Position numbers and translations under genes: made by a program | Notes under the pieces: generated by a model | Seen by the model: only the letters and a program-made list of their open reading frames with translations | What the model was told of the DNA's origin: nothing | Databases searched by the model: none | Shown here: positions 53,504 to 64,000 of the stretch, piece after piece | How positions within the stretch are numbered: position 1 is the stretch's first letter | Layout: every line of letters starts with the position of its first letter | Origin: Vitrella brassicaformis CCMP3155 | Lineage: Eukaryota; Protista; Chromerida | Reading direction: 5' to 3' | Assembly (NCBI GenBank): GCA_001179505.1 | Contig: CDMY01000263.1 | Coordinates: 79,829-143,828, forward strand | DNA: 64,000 bases

Positions 53504-56500
53504 ATGCCAGTGGTCGACATCGGTGGATATGCGGTGGATTTTCCCTTCGAGCCCTACGACTGCCAGAAGATCTACATGGCACACGTCATCAGAGCGCTCA
53601 GCACCGGCCAACACGCACTGCTCGAGTCGCCCACAGGTACACACCACACCAGACGGCATCCCAGCCACCAGCCCCAGCCGCTGGTGTCATTTGCACTGCA
53701 GGCACCGGCAAGACTCTCTGTCTGCTGTGCGCCACACTGGCCTACCGGGCGAGGCTTCTAAAGGACGGCCCCGCGCAGCCTGGTGGTACGCAAGTGGCCA
53801 TTTGTCATTGTGTTTGGACGCACAGATTCTTCTTTCGGTTATGGCGCCGTTCCACTCATGTGTCGTGCTGTCAGGCGTGCCGCGCGTCATCTACTCGAGC
53901 AGGTAAGGTGTGTCCATCCATCCATCCATCCATTCATCCATCCATCAGTCACTCATTCCCCTTCGTCCCTGCCTGCCTTGCTGGCTGGCTGCCTTTGTGC
54001 AGGACTCACAGTCAGCTGCGGCATGTCATTCGGGAGTTGAAGAGAACCAACTATGTATGTCGTACAGGCATGATATATGGCGGCGGGGCACACACTCAGA
54101 CAGGGGACGTGGCATAATGTGTTATATGTTATATGGTTGGGTTGGTTGCAGGTCACAGGCCCCGGCCCCGTCACCAAGGTGTGCATCCTCGCATCCAGAG
54201 ACCACCTCTGGTGGGCAGCGGGCAAATGCATTGCTGTACCTTATCTTTCCCATCCGTGGGTCTTTCTGCACTGCACACCACACGCAGCGTCAATGCCAGG
54301 ATCAACCGCCGTCGCGGACAGGAGCTCAATGCCGCATGCCAAAACATGCTCGCCAAACAGGTTGGTGCACCAACGAAGGAAGCACACGAACAAGCGGATG
54401 TTGCAGCGTCACTCGCGAGGTGAGGGCTGCTGGGGTCTGTGTGTCACATATATCAGTTGTGTCACTACCATGGGGGTCTGAGTGTGCTGGGCAAGTCGGT
54501 GTTTGACGTGCCGCGGGACATTGAGGACTGGGTCAGCTTCTCCAACGACCCACAACCCGAAGTGGTCAGCAAGAAACCCTACCAATCACACCTCCCACAG
54601 ATAGATGTGTACGTACGTATCTGCTGTCCATCCACCTATGCACCCATGTGTCAGGACAAGCCCTTCTGTCCGTTCTTCGCCACGAGGGAGAACCAGGTGA
54701 CTGCCCAAGGGGATGGTCGATGGGGATACATACCTGGCCCGCCCTGCCACCAGGTGGAGTGTGTGTGTGTGTGTGTGTGCAGAAGATCTGTGACCTCGTC
54801 TTCTGTCCCTACAACTACATACTCAACCCCGAGGCGCGGTAAGTGAATATGTGATCCGTCATGTGCTGTCCACAGCGTGTGTGTGCGCGTTTATTCCGTG
54901 CCGTCCATGGATCAGCAAGACGTTGAAGCTGGACCTCACCAACGCCATCGTCATACTTGACGAGGGACACAACGTAGAAAAGTGCGCCAACTGACCGCAC
55001 GACACAACACACCCGCATAGCATACAGACAGAGACATCATCTCATCGTTGCCTGCTTGCTTGCTTCTTGTCCGTCCGTCCGTCCGTATGATGTGCGATAG
55101 GGTGTGTGAGGAGGCGGCGTCGTTCGACCTGCGGGGTGCGGATCTGTGTGGGGCCGTCAAAGACATCGACGCCGCCATGCCACTCCTGGCCAAAAAGGGT
55201 ACACACGGACGGACGGATGCAGTCACACAGCACCCACACAGGATTTGCTGTCGATGGATGGATGGATCAGTCCCTGCGAGTGTGTCAGAGCCGGACCCTC
55301 CCTCCGAGCGGCCCAAGGGCAAGGGTTCTGGCGACAAGCCGGGTAGAGACGATGACAGGGTGCGAAAGGTAGAGGGGATGGTGCAGCTGCTGATGGAGGC
55401 CAGAGGGGCCCTCCTAGCCGTCGAACGAAAACTACTGAACGTACGTACGGACGGACAGCAAGGAGCACACTGATTGCAGAGTTGCCATGGAGGAGTGGAA
55501 CAGATAAAATGTATGATGTTTGTGGTGGATTGGATTGCAGGTAGAGTTGAAGGATGGTGATGACATCTGCCCAGCCAGACACATGCTCTCCGACGGCAAT
55601 GGCACGCGGGCCATATTCAATGTCAGTCGACAAGACAGAATACATACCGGCACGAAATGATCGATGCCGGTCGACCGGTGTGTGCATGCAATGCAGGACG
55701 GCGGGCTGGATAGGGTCGACGTAGGTGAGCTCCGCAAGGCGTCGGACGCCGTGCTCGAGGTCCTCTCAGACACCTCTAGTAGCGGAGCCAGCGAGAGCAG
55801 CAGCACCACCACACAGAAGGGCATACATCTAGACAAATGCACCAAAGCCATACAGGTCTGTCTGTCAAGATAAATAAAAGAGGAGGGAGCCAACTCACGG
55901 CACGTGTCTGTGTCTCTGTTCCTGTTTGTATGTGTGTTCGTATCCGTGTCTGCAGCTCGTCTATTCGGACCATGTCAGCGGCAATGTGCAGTCCTTCAGG
56001 ACGCTCGTCCGCGAAAACACCAATGGCATACTCGGCGCATCCAACACCAGAGAGAGGTTAGCACGAAACACACACACACAGACACACACCGACAGCCGCC
56101 AGAAAGCCAGATAGAGAAGTGCATGTGTGTTTGCTATGGCTGGCTGTGTCAGGTGTTTGAGTTTTTGGTGCTGCAGTGCGGCTGTGGCGATGGGCGACAT
56201 GATGGGCCAAGGCGTCAGGAACCTCATCATCACTTCGGTCGGTCTGTCGGGAGGCACACGCACAGACAAACATGATCAAAGAATGCGATGCGACACATCC
56301 CTCCCTGCATTCCACCAACCAGGGCACGTTGTCGCCGCTCGACGCTCTCGCCGCCCAGCTGGGGCCCAAACCAAACGACGTCAAGTAGACTTACTCGCAC
56401 ACACGTGACATGACATACGCGTGAGACAGACGCCTGTTCTGTTCTGTTGGTGGGTGTGGTGTGAGTGTGTAGGTTCGGTGTTCGTCTGGAGAATGCCCAT

Positions 56501-58460
56501 GTGGTGGGTGCGAGTCAGCTCACGTGCGGCATACTCAAGAGGGGCCCCATCGGACCAAACCTCAACTTCAACAAAGATGTACACCCCACACAACACACCA
56601 GGATCTACACACGCGCCACCATCTGCGCATGTCGATCTGTGCGTGCGGTGTATCCGTGTGTGTGTGTGTGTGTGTGCAGCATCGTGACAACAGCGAGATG
56701 TTGCAGGGGTTCGGTCGTGGGGTGGTGCAGGTGTGCCGTAAGGTGCCCGACGGAGTGCTGCTCGTCTTCCCCTCATACGCACTCATGGACAACGTCATCA
56801 ACAAGTACATACATGCAGACACAGAGAGACACACACGGTGCACATGCCATAGGCTGTTGGTTGGGGTTTGTTGCATTTGGTCTGTTTAGGTGGGAGAGTG
56901 GCGGCATCATGGCACAGATCAGAGCCCACAAGGAAGTCTTCATCGAGCCACACAAACAGTACACACACACACCATGAGACCACAGCCATCGGGTAAGGTG
57001 ATGTGTCTTCCTCCTCTGCGTCGATGAATGTAGGCGTGGAGACCCCTCATCAGCGTCCGGCACTCAGCGCAACAAGAGGCCGACGCCCGCAGACGACTTT
57101 GGCATCGATCAGGACATGTTCACAGGGAGGAGCGGCCCCACCAATGTGGAGACCGTCATGAGCAGCTACGCCCGCAGCTGCCAGGAGAGCCTGCTGGCCA
57201 GCAGACACCACCAACAGCAGCAGCAGGGTGGCATGAATGGGGCCATACTCTTCGCTGTGTGCCGGGGCAAAATCAGCGAGGGTCGGCGAAGAAACATTGC
57301 TGTTCTACGAATATATATTGCTGTGGTGTGTGTTCCTCTGTAGGTATCGATTTAAACGACCATTTGTGTCGTGCCGTCATCCTCTGCGGCATTCCATACC
57401 CCACACCCGACGAACGGTACACATCACACGCATCAACACGTGTGTAATTCAATTGCATGTCTGTCTCCCCCCCTGTCCCTTCTGTTGTTTGTGTGTGCAG
57501 CGTCAAGTTGAAGCGTCAGTACCTCAACCGAGACCGCAGGAATCCCGACGCCAATGAGGGGCCCGGCCGCACCTGGTACGAGCAACAAGCATGCAGGGCC
57601 ATCAACCAGGTACATACTTTACACAGGCAGATGCAAGCAGAGACAAAGCAAGCAGCTGACCTGACGCCACATTCTGTCACACATGCCATGCATGTGGATG
57701 TGGTTGGATTGGTCGTAAGGCTATCGGTCGTGTTATTCGGCACCAGAAGGATTTCGGTATCATTCTTCTCTGCGATGAGAGGTAGGTAGGGAGACACACA
57801 CGCCACTTCGACCGCTGGTGGTGTGGTGTGTCTCGCAGATTCGGCCATGGCGGCGTTCAGTCGCAGCTGTCCCAGTGGCTCCGACCGCACGTCAAGACTT
57901 TTGAGTCAGTCAGCACAATTACATCCATGTCTGCGCCATGGGTGTTCATGCCATTCTATGCGTCGGGGTGTGTGTGGATGTGTCTGCAGCACGTTTGGTC
58001 CGGCCATCAGCTCGCTGGCCAAGTTCTTCCAGGACATACCGCCGGCACTCACAGATGCATGCTACAACAAAGTCGCTGCAGCGGTGAGCACCAGCAGACA
58101 GACCACCAACACCACACAGACAGACAGGGGAACCGCATGCCATCCATTCTGGATGCAGCAAGGCGGCGGTGGTGCGCGGCACGTTGCTGTGGCTGGTGGC
58201 CGGGGCGTGGGCCATTCTGCCTCCTCAAGTGGGGCGTTTCAGTTCAACAAGTCCAGCAATGCATCAGCAGCATCAGCACGCCATCAGCAGCAGGCGAGGC
58301 CTGTGGCACGCCATGACTCCCAGGGAGGAGCGAGTCAGGGGCGGTCTGCATTCGACGAGAGGTACCGTGTGCAGAGTGGGTGGCGGGGCAAGGCCACACA
58401 GCCAGAGCCGGAACCAGTATCGCAACCCTCACTGCTGCGACTCCTCTCAAAGAAGTGATA
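53504..58460 (+). CDS. RTEL1: RTEL1-like Fe-S DNA helicase (XPD/FANCJ family); 3' end may extend to ~58990
   Basis: VDFPFEPYDCQ..LESPTGTGKTLCLLC; YSSRTHSQL; four Fe-S cysteines (LCVN, AACQ, LCHY, FCPFF); DEGHNVE; ITSGTLSPL; VFPSY; AVCRGKISEGID; RAINQAIGRVIRH. Confidence 0.93.
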
Positions 58461-59133
58461 ACTGACATACCCATCCATGCAGACAGACAGACAGACAGAA
58501 ATGCGGACTGGAGGCGGGTATGTGTGTACGTCACATCCATCTGTGTGTCTGGTGGGTCCGCTGTCATGTGTTGATTGACCGATATGTATGTACTGTCTCT
58601 GAATCAATGAACGAATGGTGTTTGCGAGTCTGCTTCTTCGCCTGACTCACGCGCAATGCACGTCGTGTCTCCATCCCAACACCACACAAAATACCAACAA
58701 CAGACATCCATCCGTACCTCAGCCAGCCAGCCAGCCAGCCAACCGCTTTCTCTCAAGTGCTCTGTCTTCCTGCAAATCAAAAAAGGTGGGCAGCAGCAGC
58801 AGGGTGGGTGGTTCTCCTGAGCAGAAAGGTTGCCCCCCAAAGATGGGTGGGTGGGTCCCGCCCGTGAGTGTGGTGTGTGATGGCGTCTCTCTGTCTGCCG
58901 CAGACCAAAGCAAGCATAGTCCAGCCAATCCCTCCATCACTCCATCCATCTTTTTGGTGCATTCATTCATTCATGCGCTAGACAGACCCTAACTCCCTCC
59001 CATTCAGACAGACAGGCGACCGTATGCACCGCTCCCCTGTGTATATGTGTATGCAGTAGCATCAGCTATCAGTCCAGTCAGGTCATGTATATACATGTGG
59101 CTGTGCGTATGCTTGTATGTTTGTCGTCCCAGC

Positions 59134-60767
59134 TCAGCATCCGCAGTAGTAGGACAGGGGCGGGCTGTCCGCCGACAACTGCTTTAGCAAACCTCGGTTC
59201 TTGCTCTGCACACCACACACGACAGGACAGCCAACCAGGCACACACATAGATACACACATATAACAACAAGGCTGGTATGGTATGCCCTGTCTGTCTCTC
59301 TGTCTGTCTGTGTTTGAGTTGAGTCGGTGTGTACATTACATTAACTTACTTCGAAGTCCCTCATCCAGAAGGTGTTGAGGAGTGTCTTTTGGATGAATGG
59401 GATGCGCTTCTCGATGGCGCTGTACTGCGAGCCATCCGCCCACTTGCCGGCCGCACTCATGATGGGCGGCAGATCCACACCAGCTCCCAAACACTGCATA
59501 AACGTCGATTGCGTGTGTGTGTGTGTGTGTGTTGTTGTTGTGAGGTACTCCTTCGCTGCTGAAGGTCTGTGTGATGATTTGGTCTCCGTCTTGTTTGCTG
59601 AGGAATCGTCTGATGAGAGGCGTGAGCTCCTGCTCCTCCTCCATGCAGTTGACCTTGAGCATACTCGCCACCTCGTTGACCATCGTCACCAACTTGCCTA
59701 GATAGACAGACAGAGAAGACGATCCAGACAGAGAGACAGACATACACAGGCCAGGCACATATATATATATATATATGTGTATATATATATTACACATATA
59801 TATATATGTGTGTGTGTGCGTGGGATGCATTAATGCATTGATTGCATGCCTAGCGTACCGACAAGGACGTGTTTGCCCTGTCTATGGGTGTCGGACTCCA
59901 ACTTGTACTGCTCCTCGACGTCAATAATCTGATCCAACCAACACAACCAACAGTGTCTCTTGCCTTGTCTCTCCATTCCCCCCTCCCTCCCTCCCTCCCT
60001 CCCTCCCTGTCTGTCTGTCTGTCTGTCTGTCTGCCCTTTTTGTTCTCACCGACCTCGTCCACTTTCTTGCTGATCGCGGTGTGGTCGTTTTTGATTTTCT
60101 CTGTGATCTGGACCGACTGCTGCAGTTTGGCGAAGAGGAAATCCTCTTCGGCCTCGAGGTGGCTCTTGACGAAGGGTCCGAAGTACACGCGGAACCACTT
60201 GCAGAAGGTGAGGACCTTCCAGTCGGTGCCGTTGGAGACGTACGGCAGCACCTTCTCCATCTCTTTGATCTCAACACGGAGGGCCTCGTGGCCCAACAGC
60301 ATCAACACATCTGAATCAACACACACACACACATACACCGCCGATGGATAAGCACGTTCTCGCAGCATTGTCCAATGCCTTTGAGCGCGTGGGTATCTAT
60401 CGTACCAGACCAGTCCTCAGCGTTTCTGATGACTTGGCTGGTGATGTTGGGGTTGGGCTGCTTGCCGGCCTTGGCAAGACCTGACGACACAACCACACAT
60501 GGGGCGACACAGGGCGGGGCGTCTCAATTAAGCTGCCGTGTCAAGGGGGTGGAGCTTTGGCTTCCTCCCCACCCATCTGGGCCATGGCTTGTTGACCCAT
60601 CTCCTGCATATTCTTCCTGCACACCACACAGGGCAGACAGACAGACAGGAACACAGAAGATAGATATGAGCGAACCCCTCTCGAAAAGCCCCCCCGCATC
60701 AATATTTGTCGGCTCACATCACTCCCTGGGGAGTCAGGGTGGCGAGCGTGTCGCTCATGGACGCCAT
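59134..60767 (-). CDS. Hemerythrin/HHE-like domain protein (~270 aa) ending in YYCGC*
   Basis: Spliced frame MASMSDTL...WSDVLMLLGHEALRVE...FVKSHLEAEEDFLFAKL...KIKNDHTAI...LKVNCMEEEQELTPL...IPFIQKTLLNTFW...SPPLSYYCGC. The His/Glu spacing fits a four-helix HHE bundle. Confidence 0.7.
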
Positions 60768-61522
60768 GGGTGTTGGGGCGGGGCTAATCTGAGATATCTC
60801 GGCTGTACAAACTTCACTTACAGACCAATCTGGCAGGGGAACGTTGAGGGTGCGTTGAGGAGGGGGAGGGAGGGGGGAGCTGAAGTTGGGGGCAAATGGG
60901 GCCGTAGATAGGGCGAGCGCGAAACGGAACATTGACAAGGCGCCGCCTTTCCCGAGAGGAAGGCTATCCCTGCTGGCCGTTGTGACAGCCGTGAGCCCTC
61001 CCCTTCATATAACGTCAACGGTTGGTGGTTTCACGGCCGGGCTATCAACCGTACGGCTTACTCAAAGCCAAATACGTGTTATCAAAGCCTATCAAAGCCA
61101 GTCACGCACCAGCATGCAGCAGCGGGATGAGGAAAGCAACCCTGGGTGTATGTATGTATGTTTGTATGTACGTATGTGTGACTCTACGCAGGAGGGAATG
61201 AGCGGAAAACGAGGGCGAATGCCGGCTCATACGCAGCAACCAACAACAATGTGCTATGATGACAGACAGACAGACAGACAACAGGCAGCTAGGTAGGTAG
61301 ATCAATTAATACCCATGCAGACAGACAGCTAGAGGCTCACAACAAAAACGGCTGACCGACACGATCGAGTACACCCACCCATTCATTATGAAGAGCAGAT
61401 GGAAAAAGGCATGGCTGACGCGACGTACGTATGTATGATGTCTCCGCCTGTCTATCGTCCTGGCTGTCCTGTCCTACGTCAACCAATCGCACCACCAGTC
61501 ATTGTTATCTACCCCCCACCCT

Positions 61523-62910
61523 CTATCTGCCACACTGCCCCCCTCTCTGCTTGCGAGCGCCTCTACCACAGATAAACAAGTGGAAGGGCAGACAGCCCGC
61601 TTGCCGCCCGCTTGTTTGCCTCCATCCCTTGGTGGCGCTCACGCGCACGGCCCGCCGCACAATCGACTGCCGCTGCCGCACACTGGCGTACCAGCTCGAC
61701 ACCTTCTCGCCTTTCTTAACCATAGAGACGCTCGGCTGTTCCCTCTTGGCCTGGTAGACAGGGATGGGAGGGCCATGGCTGTAGGGGTGGGTGATGGGGA
61801 GGAAGAACGGGGAGGCGGAGGGCTGCCGGACCCCTGGCTGACACAAGTGGATGGGTGAGAGGGCAGCGAGGTTGTTTGGGTGGCTACTGTCTACGGGGGT
61901 CGCACAAATCGGCGTGCACACGCTGATGTGTGAGGGGGTGTTGGCTGGGGTGGTCTTGGGGGTGGGGATGAACGTGTCACCCAGGGGAATGCACATGGCC
62001 CCTGCAGACGCACACGCACCGCCGCGAGAAGTAGACATCGCACTACCTGCCGCACAACAGCCGAGGCAAAGAGAACAAAGGGATGCATCAGAGCACTCAT
62101 CGGTCCTTCCTGGTGCAGTAGGCCGTGCTTGCCTGTGGTCTGCTCGCTTCTCGGCGTCAGGTTTGCTGCTGTGGGTGTTCGGTTGTGCGGGGTGGCCACG
62201 TCGGTTTTGGATCGGTGGAGCAGCTGCTCCAGCACAGCGTCCATTCGGTCCTGATCCACACGGGGCATCACGCTGTCTACGGGACCTATCAGCAATCCAC
62301 ACGCACACACACACATGGACAACCATAGAATGAATCTCTGTGTTAGTTGATGCATTGCATACCTGTGGGCGGCTCCTGTCCGAGGTCTTGCGCGTCAGCA
62401 TCGACAGTAATCGGCGGCATGTCGATGGCCATGTCGAGGCGAGTGCGAGCGATACGTAGTAATGAGGTGGGTGTGATGGCTCTGAGGGGCGGGGTGGTCT
62501 CCGTGTGTGCGTCGGAGTCATCTGGGAGGGCTGTACGTGGGGTGAGGGAGTAGGAGGCCGCTACGGTGGGGGTGAGGGAGTACTCGCTGTACGTGTACTC
62601 GCTGTATGTGTACGTCCACGTGTACTCACTGTCCGAACACATAGAGCTCTCACCCTCCTCGTATATCGTCTGTATGGTATGTAGACCGCACACACACACA
62701 CACACACAACACAGTATATGGAAACAAAACCCCTCTCTGCCCCTTGGGCGTCGGTATGCTTGCTTTGAGTGTGCCTGCTCTTGTGCTGACCTTGAGAGGG
62801 TTGCAGTTGGACGCGGGGAACCATTCGTAGAGGTCCTCGTCGACAGCCTCGTCTTCCGCCACCGCATGCTGCTCCCCCCCATCCTCCCCGTATACACCAC
62901 TATGCATCAT
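61523..62910 (-). CDS. Hypothetical low-complexity protein with YSEYT repeats
   Basis: Exon frames join at GT-AG sites (EDLYEWFPASNCNPLK / TIYEEGESS..SEYTWTYTYSEYTYSEY.. / GPVDSVMPRVDQDRMDAVLEQLL..); I recognise no family. Confidence 0.5.
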
Positions 62911-63540
62911 GCATCAACCGCATCCCACGAACAGAACAGGCGCTTCTCAGCTCCCCCGTACAGCCATCATGTAAATCCTCACCCCGGTTTCACAGCGGGC
63001 CCTAAACTACAATAGTTTTTTCTGCACGTTTTGAAGATTTTCTCCAGCCGAAAGGGCGCGCAACACCGCAGGGAAGAGCCTCACGCGAAAAAAAACAAAC
63101 GAATGTGCCAAAGACGAGAAGACTGGCGTTTCGACCCTCACTCGATCGGATCCAAGGTCGCTTCCTTGCCGCCTTTTCTGGCCCGAGAGGACCACCTCAG
63201 TGCGTCTCACGCACTGCTACGGGGCTTTCTGACGATAAGAAAGGCATAGTATTGGTGTGGAGTAGCGGGAGATCTCTCCCTTATCTCTCATCTGATGTAG
63301 CAGTGCGTCCTTCAGGCCGAAGGATCAGCGCCAAGGACATTATGGCGAGGCAGAGGAGCCACCTCCTCACTCCAACAGCCTTCATCACTCGCCCCCTCCC
63401 CCGCCCGACATCAACCACAGCAAACAAACACTTACACAGCTTCTTCCTGACCCACAGACAGCCAGTACAGCGACTTCCCTGCACTCTTCGTCTTGTTGCC
63501 GCCCCGCTTGGCTGCCATCCGCCAGCCCTCAGCTGTCACT

Positions 63541-64000
63541 ATGACCGTCTTTGCCTTGTGTGCTTCGGCCTTGCTGCTGCTGGCATGCGTGCCTCCAACT
63601 GCCGCCCAGAGCGGTTACGGCGGTTACGGCTACACTCACGGTGTGTGCGAGAAGAAGGCTGATGTGCACTACAAGTGCCCTTACGGGTTTGAGTTCGACT
63701 TCGACTCACACAAGTGCGTCAAATACGACTACCAGGACATAAAGTACTACTGCCCTGAGGTACGCAGACGCAAGCAGAACCCAACACTTGATTGCTTGAT
63801 TTGTTCCCTTGATTGGCTGTGGGTGCAGGGCACCAAGAAGACCGCCGAGGGCTGCGTCAAGTACGTCTATGAGGAGAAAACACCCTACTGCAAACACGGC
63901 AAGCTCGACGGCCACAAGTGCTTCGATTACGAGTACTACCCCGTCGAGTACCAATGCCCTTACGGCTACGGCTTCACAGCCGACAAGGCCAAGTGCTACG
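63541..64000 (+). CDS. Secreted Cys/Tyr-rich oocyst-wall-protein-like protein (COWP/OWP family), runs off the window
   Basis: Signal peptide MTVFALCASALLLLACVPPTAA, then C-x-CP.G repeats (YKCPYGFEFDFDSHKC, YYCPEGTKKTAEGC, YQCPYGYGFTADKAKC); intron 63760-63828. It is absent from the ORF track. Confidence 0.8.
   Translation, partial: MTVFALCASALLLLACVPPTAAQSGYGGYGYTHGVCEKKADVHYKCPYGFEFDFDSHKCVKYDYQDIKYYCPEVRRRKQNPTLDCLICSLDWLWVQGTKKTAEGCVKYVYEEKTPYCKHGKLDGHKCFDYEYYPVEYQCPYGYGFTADKAKCY

Overview
Gene-dense, intron-rich eukaryotic genomic DNA. It is most likely from the chromerid alveolate Vitrella brassicaformis, inferred from GC-rich exons, microsatellite-filled introns, flagellar genes and an oocyst-wall-type protein; no database search was run. 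I reconstructed about 17 protein-coding genes by hand. In order: a multi-module PKA regulatory-subunit-like gene (starts before base 1), eRF3, a WNK kinase, a small orphan, PIKfyve/Fab1, two orphans (one with zinc-finger motifs), an OTUD6-like deubiquitinase, a CHD3/Mi-2/PICKLE-type remodeler, a CFAP52-like WD40 protein, a coiled-coil orphan, RSPH9, dephospho-CoA kinase, RTEL1, a hemerythrin-like protein, a low-complexity orphan, and the 5' part of an oocyst-wall-like protein. There are two 300-N scaffold gaps. I saw no rRNA, tRNA, CRISPR array or transposase. Most notable: (1) one reading frame chains at least three PKA-R modules, two of them visibly carrying their own RRANV pseudosubstrate motif plus CNB-A/B; (2) introns often carry mutually complementary microsatellites at their 5' and 3' ends; (3) a ~10 kb microsatellite-free, lower-GC island holds the whole PIKfyve gene; (4) GC and apparent GA splice donors, microexons, a 26-bp perfect intronic hairpin and possibly overlapping divergent start codons. 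Exon boundaries are hand-derived and need RNA-seq confirmation.
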